A stretch of 64,000 nt of DNA, from assembly GCA_964016885.1 (NCBI GenBank), contig OZ024745.1, positions 1,302,001-1,366,000 of the forward strand, read 5' to 3'. The stretch comes from Eledone cirrhosa. Its lineage: Eukaryota. A program made the translations under genes and the position numbers. The notes under the pieces are model-generated. The model saw only the letters and a program-made list of their open reading frames with translations. It ran no database searches and was not told the DNA's origin. Every line of letters starts with the position of its first letter. Positions within the stretch are counted from its first letter, which is position 1. Positions 1-15,000 of the stretch are shown here, in pieces.

Positions 1-3000
1 ACAGTGTGGACTGGGAGAAAGGTATCTACAGCTGGCTGTCCTTCCTAACACCAACCACACTACAGTGTGGACTGGGAGACAGTTTTCTACAGCTGGCTGT
101 CCTTCCTAACACCAACCACATTACAGTGTGGACTGGGAGACAGGTATCTACAGCTGGCTGTCCTTCCTAACACCAACCACACTACAGTGTGGACTGGGAG
201 AAAGGTATCTACAGCTGGCTGTCCTTCCTAACACCAACCACACTACAGTGTGGACTGGGAGAAAGGTTTCTACAGCTGGCTGTCCTTCCTAACACCAACC
301 ACATTACAGTGTGGACTGGGAGACAGTTTTCTACAGCTGGCTGTCCTTCCTAACACCAACCACATTACAGTGTGGACTGGGAGACAGGTATCTACAGCTG
401 GCTGTCCTTCCTAACACCAACCACACTACAGTGTGGACTGGGAGAAAGGTATCTACAGCTGGCTGTCCTTCCTAACACCAACCACACTACAGTGTGGACT
501 GGGAGACAGGTTTCTACAGCTGGCTGTCCTTCCTAACACCAACCACATTACAGTGTGGACTGGGAGACAGGTATCTACAGCTGGCTGTCCTTCCTAACAC
601 CAACCACACTACAGTGTGGACTGGGAGAAAGGTATCTACAGCTGGCTGTCCTTCCTAACACCAACCACACTACAGTGTGGACTGGGAGACAGGTTTCTAC
701 AGCTGGCTGTCCTTCCTAACACCAACCACACTACAGTGTGGACTGGGTGACAGGTTTCTACAGCTGGCTGTCCTTCCTAACACCAACCACATTACAGTGT
801 GGACTGGGAGAAAGGTATCTACAGCTGGCTGTCCTTCCTAACACCAACCACACTACAGTGTGGACTGGGTGACAGGTTTCTACAGCTGGCTGTCCTTCCT
901 AACACCAACCACACTACAGTGTGGACTGGGTGACAGGTTTCTACAGCTGGCTGTCCTTCCTAACACCAACCACACTACAGTGTGGACTGGGTGACAGTGT
1001 ATCTACAGCTGGCTGTCCTTCCTAACACCAACCACACTACAGTGTGGACTGGGTGACAGGTTTCTACAGCTGGCTGTCCTTCCTAACACCAACCACATTA
1101 CAGTGTGGACTGGGAGACAGGTTTCTACAGCTGGCTGTCCTTCCTAACACCAACCACACTACAGTGTGGACTGGGAGACAGGTTTCTACAGCTGGCTGTC
1201 CTTCCTAACACCAACCACACTACAGTGTGGACTGGGTGACAGGTTTCTACAGCTGGCTGTCCTTCCTAACACCAACCACACTACAGTGTGGACTGGGAGA
1301 AAGGTATCTACAGCTGGCTGTCCTTCCTAACACCAACCACACTACAGTGTGGACTGGGAGACAGGTTTCTACAGCTGGCTGTCCTTCCTAACACCAACCA
1401 CACTACAGTGTGGACTGGGTGACAGGTTTCTACAGCTGGCTGTCCTTCCTAACACCAACCACATTACAGTGTGGACTGGGAGAAAGGTATCTACAGCTGG
1501 CTGTCCTTCCTAACACCAACCACACTACAGTGTGGACTGGGTGACAGGTTTCTACAGCTGGCTGTCCTTCCTAACACCAACCACACTACAGTGTGGACTG
1601 GGTGACAGGTTTCTACAGCTGGCTGTCCTTCCTAACACCAACCACACTACAGTGTGGACTGGGTGACAGGTATCTACAGCTGGCTGTCCTTCCTAACACC
1701 AACCACACTACAGTGTGGACTGGGTGACAGGTTTCTACAGCTGGCTGTCCTTCCTAACACCAACCACATTACAGTGTGGACTGGGAGACAGGTTTCTACA
1801 GCTGGCTGTCCTTCCTAACACCAACCACACTACAGTGTGGACTGGGAGACAGGTTTCTACAGCTGGCTGTCCTTCCTAACACCAACCACACTACAGTGTG
1901 GACTGGGTGACAGGTTTCTACAGCTGGCTGTCCTTCCTAACACCAACCACATTACAGTGTGGACTGGGAGAAAGGTATCTACAGCTGGCTGTCCTTCCTA
2001 ACACCAACCACACTACAGTGTGGACTGGGTGACAGGTTTCTACAGCTGGCTGTCCTTCCTAACACCAACCACACTACAGTGTGGACTGGGTGACAGGTTT
2101 CTACAGCTGGCTGTCCTTCCTAACACCAACCACACTACAGTGTGGACTGGGTGACAGGTATCTACAGCTGGCTGTCCTTCCTAACACCAACCACACTACA
2201 GTGTGGACTGGGTGACAGGTTTCTACAGCTGGCTGTCCTTCCTAACACCAACCACATTACAGTGTGGACTGGGAGACAGGTATCTACAGCTGGCTGTCCT
2301 TCCTAACACCAACCACACTACAGTGTGGACTGGGAGAAAGGTATCTACAGCTGGCTGTCCTTCCTAACACCAACCACATTACAGTGTGGACTGGGAGACA
2401 GGTATCTACAGCTGGTTGCCCTTCCTAACACCAACCACATTACAGTGTGGACTGGGAGAAAGGTATCTACAGCTGGCTGTCCTTCCTAACACCAACCACA
2501 CTACAGTGTGGACTGGGAGAAAGGTATCTACAGCTGGCTGTCCTACCTAACACCAACCACACTACAGTGTGGACTGGGAGACAGGTATCTACAGCTGGCT
2601 GTCCTACCTAACACCAACCACATTACAGTGTGGACTGGGAGACAGGTTTCTACAGCTGGCTGTCCTACCTAACACCAACCACACCACAGTGTGGACTGGG
2701 AGACAGGTATCTACAGCTGGCTGTCCTTCCTAACACCAACCACATTACAGTGTGGACTGGGAGACAGGTTTCTACAGCTGGCTGTCCTACCTAACACCAA
2801 CCACATTACAGTGTGGACTGGGAGACAGGTATCTACAGCTGGCTGTCCTACCTAACACCAACCACATTACAGTGTGGACTGGGAGACAGGTTTCTACAGC
2901 TGGCTGTCCTTCCTAACACCAACCACATTACAGTGTGGACTGGGAGACAGGTATCTACAGCTGGCTGCCCTTCCTACCACCAACCACATTACAGTGTGGA

Positions 3001-6000
3001 CTGGGAGACAGGTATCTACAGCTGGCTGTCCTTCCTAACACCAACCACATTACAGTGTGGACTGGGAGAAAGGTATCTACAGCTGGCTGTCCTTCCTAAC
3101 ACCAACCACACAACAGTGTGGACTGGGAGACAGGTATCTACAGCTGGCTGTCCTTCCTAACACCAACCACACTACAGTGTGGACTGGGAGACAGGTATCT
3201 ACAGCTGGCTGTCCTTCCTAACACCAACCACACTACAGTGTGGACTGGGAGAAAGGTATCTACAGCTGGCTGTCCTTCCTAACACCAACCACACTACAGT
3301 GTGGACTGGGAGAAAGGTTTCTACAGCTGGCTGTCCTTCCTAACACCAACCACATTACAGTGTGGACTGGGAGACAGGTTTCTACAGCTGGCTGTCCTTC
3401 CTAACACCAACCACATTACAGTGTGGACTGGGAGACAGGTATCTACAGCTGGCTGTCCTTCCTAACACCAACCACATTACAGTGTGGACTGGGAGACAGG
3501 TATCTACAGCTGGTTGCCCTTCCTAACACCAACCACATTACAGTGTGGACTGGGAGAAAGGTATCTACAGCTGGCTGTCCTTCCTAACACCAACCACACT
3601 ACAGTGTGGACTGGGAGAAAGGTATCTACAGCTGGCTGTCCTACCTAACACCAACCACACTACAGTGTGGACTGGGAGACAGGTATCTACAGCTGGCTGT
3701 CCTACCTAACACCAACCACATTACAGTGTGGACTGGGAGACAGGTTTCTACAGCTGGCTGTCCTACCTAACACCAACCACACCACAGTGTGGACTGGGAG
3801 ACAGGTATCTACAGCTGGCTGTCCTTCCTAACACCAACCACATTACAGTGTGGACTGGGAGACAGGTTTCTACAGCTGGCTGTCCTACCTAACACCAACC
3901 ACATTACAGTGTGGACTGGGAGACAGGTATCTACAGCTGGCTGTCCTACCTAACACCAACCACATTACAGTGTGGACTGGGAGACAGGTTTCTACAGCTG
4001 GCTGTCCTTCCTAACACCAACCACATTACAGTGTGGACTGGGAGACAGGTATCTACAGCTGGCTGCCCTTCCTACCACCAACCACATTACAGTGTGGACT
4101 GGGAGACAGGTATCTACAGCTGGCTGTCCTTCCTAACACCAACCACATTACAGTGTGGACTGGGAGAAAGGTATCTACAGCTGGCTGTCCTTCCTAACAC
4201 CAACCACACAACAGTGTGGACTGGGAGACAGGTATCTACAGCTGGCTGTCCTTCCTAACACCAACCACACTACAGTGTGGACTGGGAGACAGGTATCTAC
4301 AGCTGGCTGTCCTTCCTAACACCAACCACACTACAGTGTGGACTGGGAGAAAGGTATCTACAGCTGGCTGTCCTTCCTAACACCAACCACACTACAGTGT
4401 GGACTGGGAGAAAGGTTTCTACAGCTGGCTGTCCTTCCTAACACCAACCACATTACAGTGTGGACTGGGAGACAGGTTTCTACAGCTGGCTGTCCTTCCT
4501 AACACCAACCACATTACAGTGTGGACTGGGAGACAGGTATCTACAGCTGGCTGTCCTTCCTAACACCAACCACACTACAGTGTGGACTGGGAGAAAGGTA
4601 TCTACAGCTGGCTGTCCTTCCTAACACCAACCACACTACAGTGTGGACTGGGAGACAGGTTTCTACAGCTGGCTGTCCTTCCTAACACCAACCACATTAC
4701 AGTGTGGACTGGGAGACAGGTATCTACAGCTGGCTGTCCTTCCTAACACCAACCACACTACAGTGTGGACTGGGAGAAAGGTATCTACAGCTGGCTGTCC
4801 TTCCTAACACCAACCACATTACAGTGTGGACTGGGAGACAGGTATCTACAGCTGGCTGTCCTTCCTAACACCAACCACACTACAGTGTGGACTGGGAGAA
4901 AGGTATCTACAGCTGGCTGTCCTTCCTAACACCAACCACATTACAGTGTGGACTGGGAGACAGGTATCTACAGCTGGCTGCCCTTCCTAACACCAACCAC
5001 ATTACAGTGTGGACTGGGAGAAAGGTATCTACAGCTGGCTGTCCTTCCTAACACCAACCACACTACAGTGTGGACTGGGAGAAAGGTATCTACAGCTGGC
5101 TGTCCTACCTAACACCAACCACACTACAGTGTGGACTGGGAGACAGGTATCTACAGCTGGCTGTCCTACCTAACACCAACCACATTACAGTGTGGACTGG
5201 GAGACAGGTATCTACAGCTGGCTGTCCTTCCTAACACCAACCACATTACAGTGTGGACTGGGAGACAGGTTTCTACAGCTGGCGGTCCTACCTAACACCA
5301 ACCACATTACAGTGTGGACTGGGAGACAGGTATCTACAGCTGGCTGTCCTACCTAACACCAACCACACTACAGTCAGGACTGGGAGACAGGTTTCTACAG
5401 CTGGCTGTCCTTCCTAACACCAACCACATTACAGTGTGGACTGGGAGACAGGTATCTACAGCTGGCTGTCCTTCCTAACACCAACCGCATTACAGTGTGG
5501 ACTGGGAGACAGGTTTCTACAGCTGGCTGTCCTTCCTAACACCAACCACACTACAGTGTGGACTGGGAGACAGGTTTCTACAGCTGGCTGTCCTTCCTAA
5601 CACCAACCACATTACAATGTGGACAGGGAGACAGGTATCTACAGCTGGCTGCCCTTCCTAACACCAACCACACTACAGTGTGGACTGGGAGACAGGTTTC
5701 TACAGCTGGCTGTCCTTCCTAACACCAACCACATAACAGTGTGGACTGGGAGAAAGGTATCTACAGCTGGCTTTCCTTCCTAACACCAACCACATTACAG
5801 TGTGGACTGGGAGAAAGGTATCTACAGCTGGCTGTCCTTCCTAACACCAACCACATTACAGTGTGGACTGGGAGACAGGTTTCTACAGCTGGCTGTCCTT
5901 CCTAACACCAACCACACTACAGTGTGGACTGGGAGTCAGGTATCTACAGCTGGCTGTCCTTCCTAACACCAACCACACTACAGTGTGGACTGGGAGACAG

Positions 6001-9000
6001 GTATCTACAGCTGGCTGTCCTTCCTAAGACCAACCACACTACAGTGTGGACTGGGAGACAGGTATCTACAGCTGGCTGTCCTTCCTAACACCAACCACAC
6101 TACAGTGTGGACTGGGAGACAGGTATCTACAGCTGGCTGTCCTTCCTAACACCAACCACATTACAGTGTGGACTGGGAGACAGGTATCTACAGCTGGCTG
6201 TCCTTCCTAACACCAACCACACTACAGTGTGGACTGGGAGACAGGTATCTATAGCTGGCTGTCCTTCCTAACACCAACCACACTACAGTGTGGACTGGGA
6301 GACAGGTATCTACAGCTGGCTGTCCTTCCTAAGACCAACCACACTACAGTGTGGACTGGGAGACAGGTATCTACAGCTGGCTGTCCTTCCTAACACCAAC
6401 CACACTACAGTGTGGACTGGGAGACAGGTATCTACAGCTGGCTGTCCTTCCTAACACCAACCACACTACAGTGTGGACTGGGAGACAGGTATCTACAGCT
6501 GGCTGTCCTTCCTAACACCAACCACATTACAGTGTGGACTGGGAGACAGGTATCTACAGCTGGCTGTCCTTCCTAACACCAACCACACTACAGTGTGGAC
6601 TGGGAGACAGGTTTCTACAGCTGGCTGTCCTTCCTAACACCAACCACACTACAGTGTGGACTGGGAGAAATGTATCTAAAGCTGGCTGTCCTTCCTAACA
6701 CCAACCACATTACAGTGTGGACTGGGAGACAGGTTTCTACAGCTGGCTGTCCTACCTAACATCAACCACACTACAGTGTGGACTGGGAGAAAGGTATCTA
6801 CAGCTGGCTGTCCTTCCTAACACCAACCACATTACAGTGTGGACTGGGAGACAGGTATCTACAGCTGGCTGTCCTTCCTAACACCAACCACACTACAGTG
6901 TGGACTGGGAGACAGGTATCTACAGCTGGCTGTCCTTGCTAACACCAACCACACTACAGTGTGGACTGGGAGAAAGGTATCTACAGCTGGCTGTCCTTCC
7001 TAACACCAACCACATTACAGTATGGACTGGGAGACAGGTATCTACAGCTGGCTGTCCTACCTAACACCAACCACACTACAGTGTGGACTGGGAGAAAGGT
7101 ATCTACAGCTGGCTGTCCTTCCTAACCCCAACCACATTACAGTGTGGACTGGGAGAAAGGTATCTACAGCTGGCTGTCCTTCCTAACACCAACCACATTA
7201 CAGTGTGGACTGGGAGACAGGTATCTACAGCTGGCTGTCCTTCCTAACACCAACCACACTACAGTGTGGACTGGGAGACAGGTATCTACAGCTGGCTGTC
7301 CTTGCTAACACCAACCACACTACAGTGTGGACTGGGAGAAAGGTTTCTACAGCTGGCTGTCCTTTCTAACACCAACCACATTACAGTGTGGACTGGGAGA
7401 TAGGTATCTACAGCTGGCTGTCCTACCTAACACCAACCACACTACAGTGTGGACTGGGAGAAAGGTATCTACAGCTGGCTGTCCTTCCTAACACCAACCA
7501 CACTACTGTGTGGACTGGGAGAAAGGTATCTACAGCTGGCTGTCCTTGCTAACACCAACCACACTACAGTGTGGACTGGGAGAAAGGTATCTACAGCTGG
7601 CTGTCCTTCCTAACACCAACCACATTACAGTGTGGACTGGGAGAAAGGTATCTACAGCTGGCTGTCCTTCCTAACACCAACCACATTACAGTGTGGACTG
7701 GGAGAAAGGTATCTACAGCTGGCTGTCCTTCCTAACACCAACCACATTACAGTGTGGACTGGGAGACAGGTTTCTACAGCTGGCTGTCCTTCCTAACACC
7801 AACCACACTACAGTGTGGACTGGGAGACAGGTATCTACAGCTGGCTGTCCTTCCTAACACCAACCACATTACAATGTGGACTGGGAGAAAGGTATCTACA
7901 GCTGGCTGTCCTTCCTAACACCAACCACACTAGAGTGTGGACTGGGAGACAGGTTTCTACAGCTGGCTGTCCTACCTAACACCAACCACACTACAGTGTG
8001 GACTGGGAGACAGGTTTCTACAGCTGGCTGTCCTTCCTAACACCAACCACATTACAGTGTGGACTGGGAGACAGGTTTCTACAGCTGGCTGTCCTTCCTA
8101 ACACCAACCACACTACAGTATTGACCGGGAGACAGGTATCTACAGCTGGCTGTCCTTCCTAACACCAACCACATTACAGTGTGGACTGGGAGACAGGTAT
8201 CTACAGCTGGCTGTCCTTCCCAACACCAACCACACTACAGTGTGGACTGGGAGACAGGTATCTACAGCTGGATGTCCTTCCTAACACCAACCACATTACA
8301 ATGTGGACTGGGAGAAAGGTATCTACAGCTGGCTGTCCTTCCTAACACCAACCACATTACAGTGTGGACAGGGAGACAGGTATCTACAGCTGGCTGTCCT
8401 TCCTAACACCAACCACATTACAGTGTGGACTGGGAGACAGGTATCTACAGCTGGCTGTCCTTCCTAACACCAACCCCACAACAGTGTGGACTGGGAGACA
8501 GGTATCTACAGCTGGCTGTCCTTCCTAACACCAACCACACTACAGTGTGGACTGGGAGACAGGTATCTACAGCTGGCTGTCCTTCCTAACACCAACCACA
8601 CTACAGTGTGGACAGGGAGACAGGTATCTACAGCTGGCTGTCCTTCCTAACACCAACCACACTACAGTGTGGACTGGGAGACAGGTATCTACAGCTGGCT
8701 GTCCTTCCTAACACCAACCACATTACAGTGTGGACTGGGAGACAGGTTTCTACAGCTGGCTGTCCTTCCTAACACCAACCACACTACAGTGTGGACTGGG
8801 AGACAGGTATCTACAGCTGGCTGTCCTTCCTAACACCAACCACATTACAGTGTGGACTGGGAGAAAGGTATCTACAGCTGGCTGTCCTTCCTAACACCAA
8901 CCACACTACAGTATTGACTGGGAGACAGTTTTCTACAGCTGGCTGTCCTTCCTAACACCAACCACACTACAGTGTGGACTGGGAGACAGGTATCTACAGC

Positions 9001-12000
9001 TGGCTGTCCTTCCTAACACCAACCACACTACAGTGTGGACTGGGAGAAAGGTATCTACAGCTGGCTGTCCTTCCTAACACCAACCACATTACAGTGTGGA
9101 CTGGGAGAAAGGTTTCTACAGCTGGCTGTCCTTCCTAACACCAACCACATTACAGTGTGGACTGGGAGACAGGTTTCTACAGCTGGCTGTCCTTCCTAAC
9201 ACCAACCACATTACAGTGTGGACTGGGAGACAGGTATCTACAGCTGGCTGTCCTTCCTAACACCAACCACACTACAGTGTGGACTGGGAGAAAGGTATCT
9301 ACAGCTGGCTGTCCTTCCTAACACCAACCACACTACAGTGTGGACTGGGAGACATGTTTCTACAGCTGGCTGTCCTTCCTAACACCAACCACATTACAGT
9401 GTGGACTGGGAGACAGGTATCTACAGCTGGCTGTCCTTCCTAACACCAACCACACTACAGTGTGGACTGGGAGAAAGGTATCTACAGCTGGCTGTCCTTC
9501 CTAACACCAACCACACTACAGTGTGGACTGGGAGACAGGTTTCTACAGCTGGCTGTCCTTCCTAACACCAACCACATTACAGTGTGGACTGGGAGACAGG
9601 TATCTACAGCTGGCTGTCCTTCCTAACACCAACCACACTACAGTGTGGACTGGGAGAAAGGCATCTACAGCTGGCTGTCCTTCCTAACACCAACCACACT
9701 ACAGTGTGGACTGGGAGACAGGTTTCTACAGCTGGCTGTCCTTCCTAACACCAACCACATTACAGTGTGGACTGGGAGACAGGTATCTACAGCTGGCTGT
9801 CCTTCCTAACACCAACCACACTACAGTGTGGACTGGGAGAAAGGTATCTACAGCTGGCTGTCCTTCCTAACACCAACCACATTACAGTGTGGACTGGGAG
9901 ACAGGTATCTACAGCTGGCTGTCCTTCCTAACACCAACCACATTACAGTGTGGACTGGGAGAAAGGTATCTACAGCTGGCTGTCCTTCCTAACACCAACC
10001 ACACTACAGTGTGGACTGGGAGAAAGGTATCTACAGCTGGCTGTCCTACCTAACACCAACCACACTACAGTGTGGACTGGGAGACAGGTATCTACAGCTG
10101 GCTGTCCTACCTAACACCAACCACATTACAGTGTGGACTGGGAGACAGGTTTCTACAGCTGGCTGTCCTACCTAACACCAACCACACTACAGTGTGGACT
10201 GGGAGACAGGTATCTACAGCTGGCTGTCCTTCCTAACACCAACCACATTACAGTGTGGACTGGGAGACAGATTTCTACAGCTGGCGGTCCTACCTAACAC
10301 CAACCACATTACAGTGTGGACTGGGAGACAGGTATCTACAGCTGGCTGTCCCACCTAACACCAACCACACTACAGTCAGGACTGGGAGACAGGTTTCTAC
10401 AGCTGGCTGTCCTTCCTAACACCAACCACATTACAGTGTGGACTGGGAGACAGGTATCTACAGCTGGCTGTCCTTCCTAACAACAACCACACTACAGTGT
10501 GGACTGGGAGACAGGTTTCTACAGCTGGCTGTCCTTCCTAACACCAACCACATTACAATGTGGACAGGGAGACAGGTATCTACAGCTGGCTGTCCTTCCT
10601 AGCACCAACCACATTACAGTGTGGACTGGGAGAAAGGTATCTACAGCTGGCTGTCCTTCCTAACACCAACCACATTACAGTGTGGACTGGGAGACAGGTT
10701 TCTACAGCTGGCTGTCCTTCCTAACACCAACCACACTACAGTGTGGACTGGGAGTCAGGTATCTACAGCTGGCTGTCCTTCCTAACACCAACCACACTAC
10801 AGTGTGGACTGGGAGACAGGTTTCTACAGCTGGCTGTCATTCCCAACACCAACCACACTACAGTGTGGACTGGGAGACAGGTATCTACAGCTGGCTGGCC
10901 TTCCTAACACCAACCACATTACAATGTGGACTGGGAGAAAGGTATCTACAGCTGGCTGTCCTTCCTAACACCAACCACATTACAGTGTGGACTGGGAGAC
11001 AGGTATCTACAGCTGGCTGTCCTTCCTAACACCAACCACACTACAGTGTGGACTGGGAGACAGGTATCTATAGCTGGCTGTCCTTCCTAACACCAACCAC
11101 ACTACAGTGTGGACTGGGAGACAGGTATCTACAGCTGGCTGTCCTTCCTAACACCAACCACACTACAGTGTGGACTGGGAGACAGGTATCTACAGCTGGC
11201 TGTCCTTCCTAACACCAACCACATTACAGTGTGGACTGGGAGACAGGTATCTACAGCTGGCTGTCCTTCCTAACACCAACCACACTACAGTGTGGACTGG
11301 GAGACAGGTTTCTACAGCTGGCTGTCCTTCCTAACACCAACCACACTACAGTGTGGACTGGGAGAAATGTATCTACAGCTGGCTGTCCTTCCTAACACCA
11401 ACCACATTACAGTGTGGACTGGGAGACAGGTTTCTACAGCTGGCTGTCCTACCTAACACCAACCACACTACAGTGTGGACTGGGAGAAAGGTATCTACAG
11501 CTGGCTGTCCTTCCTAACACCAACCACATTACAGTGTGGACTGGGAGACAGGTATCTACAGCTGGCTGTCCTTCCTAACACCAACCACATTACAGTGTGG
11601 ACTGGGAGACAGGTATCTACAGCTGGCTGTCCTTGCTAACACCAACCACACTACAGTGTGGACTGGGAGAAAGGTATCTACAGCTGGCTGTCCTTCCTAA
11701 CACCAACCACATTACAGTATGGACTGGGAGACAGGTATCTACAGCTGGCTGTCCTACCTAACACCAACCACACTACAGTGTGGACTGGGAGAAAGGTATC
11801 TACAGCTGGCTGTCCTTCCTAACACCAACCACATTACAGTGTGGACTGGGAGAAAGGTATCTACAGCTGGCTGTCCTTCCTAACACCAACCACATTACAG
11901 TGTGGACTGGGAGACAGGTATCTACAGCTGGCTGTCCTTCCTAACACCAACCACACTACAGTGTGGACTGGGAGACAGGTATCTACAGCTGGCTGTCCTT

Positions 12001-15000
12001 GCTAACACCAACCACACTACAGTGTGGACTGGGAGAAAGGTTTCTACAGCTGGCTGTCCTTCCTAACACCAACCACATTACAGTGTGGACTGGGAGATAG
12101 GTATCTACAGCTGGCTGTCCTACCTAACACCAACCACACTACAGTGTGGACTGGGAGAAAGGTATCTACAGCTGGCTGTCCTTCCTAACACCAACCACAC
12201 TACTGTGTGGACTGGGAGAAAGGTATCTACAGCTGGCTGTCCTTGCTAACACCAACCACACTACAGTGTGGACTGGGAGAAAGGTATCTACAGCTGGCTG
12301 TCCTTCCTAACACCAACCACATTACAGTGTGGACTGGGAGAAAGGTATCTACAGCTGGCTGTCCTTCCTAACACCAACCACATTACAGTGTGGACTGGGA
12401 GAAAGGTATCTACAGCTGGCTGTCCTTCCTAACACCAACCACATTACAGTGTGGACTGGGAGACAGGTTTCTACAGCTGGCTGTCCTTCCTAACACCAAC
12501 CACACTACAGTGTGGACTGGGAGACAGGTATCTACAGCTGGCTGTCCTTCCTAACACCAACCACATTACAATGTGGACTGGGAGAAAGGTATCTACAGCT
12601 GGCTGTCCTTCCTAACACCAACCACATTACAGTGTGGACTGGGAGACAGGTATCTACAGCTGGCTGTCCTTCCTAACACCAACCACATTACAGTGTGGAC
12701 TGGGAGACAGGTATCTACAGCTGGCTGTCCTTCCTAACACCAACCACACTACAGTGTGGACTGGGAGACAGGTTTCTACAGCTGGCTGTCCTACCTAACA
12801 CCAACCACACTAGAGTGTGGACTGGGAGACAGGTTTCTACAGCTGGCTGTCCTACCTAACACCAACCACACTACAGTGTGGACTGGGAGACAGGTTTCTA
12901 CAGCTGGCTGTCCTTCCTAACACCAACCACATTACAGTGTGGACTGGGAGACAGGTTTCTACAGCTGGCTGTCCTTCCTAACACCAACCACACTACAGTA
13001 TTGACTGGGAGACAGGTATCTACAGCTGGCTGTCCTTCCTAACACCAACCACATTACAGTGTGGACTGGGAGACAGGTATCTACAGCTGGCTGTCCTTCC
13101 CAACACCAACCACACTACAGTGTGGACTGGGAGACAGGTATCTACAGCTGGATGTCCTTCCTAACACCAACCACATTACAATGTGGACTGGGAGAAAGGT
13201 ATCTACAGCTGGCTGTCCTTCCTAACACCAACCACATTACAGTGTGGACAGGGAGACAGGTATCTACAGCTGGCTGTCCTTCCTAACACCAACCACATTA
13301 CAGTGTGGACTGGGAAACAGGTATCTACAGCTGGCTGTCCTTCCTAACACCAACCCCACAACAGTGTGGACTGGGAGACAGGTATCTACAGCTGGCTGTC
13401 CTTCCTAACACCAACCACACTACAGTGTGGACTGGGAGACAGATATCTACAGCTGGCTGTCCTTCCTAACACCAACCACACTACAGTGTGGACAGGGAGA
13501 CAGGTATCTACAGCTGGCTGTCCTTCCTAACACCAACCACACTACAGTGTGGACTGGGAGACAGGTATCTACAGCTGGCTGTCCTTCCTAACACCAACCA
13601 CATTACAGTGTGGACTGGGAGACAGGTTTCTTCAGCTGGCTGTCCTTCCTAACACCAACCACACTACAGTGTGGACTGGGAGACAGGTATCTACAGCTGG
13701 CTGTCCTTCCTAACACCAACCACATTACAGTGTGGACTGGGAGAAAGGTATCTACAGCTGGCTGTCCTTCCTAACACCAACCACACTACAGTATTGACTG
13801 GGAGACAGGTTTCTACAGCTGGCTGTCCTTCCCAACACCAACCACACTACAGTGTGGACTGGGAGAAAGGTATCTACAACTGGCTGTCCTTCCTAACACC
13901 AACCACATTACAGTGTGGACTGGGAGACAGGTTTCTACAGCTGGCTGTCCTTCCTAACACCAACCACACTACAGTGTGGACTGGGAGAAAGGTATCTACA
14001 GCTGGCTGTCCTTCCTAACACCAACCACATTACAGTGTGGACTGGGAGAAAGGTATCTTCAGCTGGCTGTCCTTCCTAACACCAACCACATTACAGTGTG
14101 GACTGGGAGACAGGTATCTACAACTGGCTGTCCTTCCCAACACCAACCACACTACAGTGTGGACTGGGAGACAGGTATCTACAGCTGGCTGTCCTTCCTA
14201 ACACCAACCACACTACAGTGTGGACTGAGAGACAGGTATCTACAGCTGGCTGTCCTTCCTAACACCAACCACATTACAGTGTGGACTGGGAGAAAGGTAT
14301 CTACAGCTGGCTGTCCTTCCTAACACCAACCACATTACAGTGTGGACTGGGAGACAGGTATCTACAACTGGCTGTCCTTCCCAACACCAACCACACTACA
14401 GTGTGGACTGGGAGACAGGTATCTACAGCTGGCTGTCCTTCCTAACACCAACCACACTACAGTGTGGACTGAGAGACAGGTATCTACAGCTGGCTGTCCT
14501 TCCTAACACCAACCACATTACAGTGTGGACTGGGAGAAAGGTATCTACAGCTGGCTGTCCTTCCTAACACCAACCACATTACAGTGTGGACTGGGAGACA
14601 GGTTTCTACAGCTGGCTGTCCTTCCTAACACCAACCACATTACAGTGTGGACTGGGAGACAGGTTTCTACAGCTGGCTGTCCTTCCTAACACCAACCAAC
14701 TACAGTGTGGACTGGGAGACAGGTATCTACAGCTGGCTGTCCTTCCTAACACCAACCACACTACAGTGTGGACAGGGAGAAAGGTTTCTACAGCTGGCTG
14801 TCCTTCCTAACACCAACCACACTACAGTGTGGACTGGGAGACAGGTTTCTACAGCTGGCTGTCCTTCCTAACACCAACCACATTACAGTGTGGACTGGGA
14901 GACAGGTTTCTACAGCTGGCTGTCCTTCCTAACACCAACCACACTACAGTGTGGACTGGGAGACAGGTTTCTACAGCTGGCTGTCCTTCCTAACACCAAC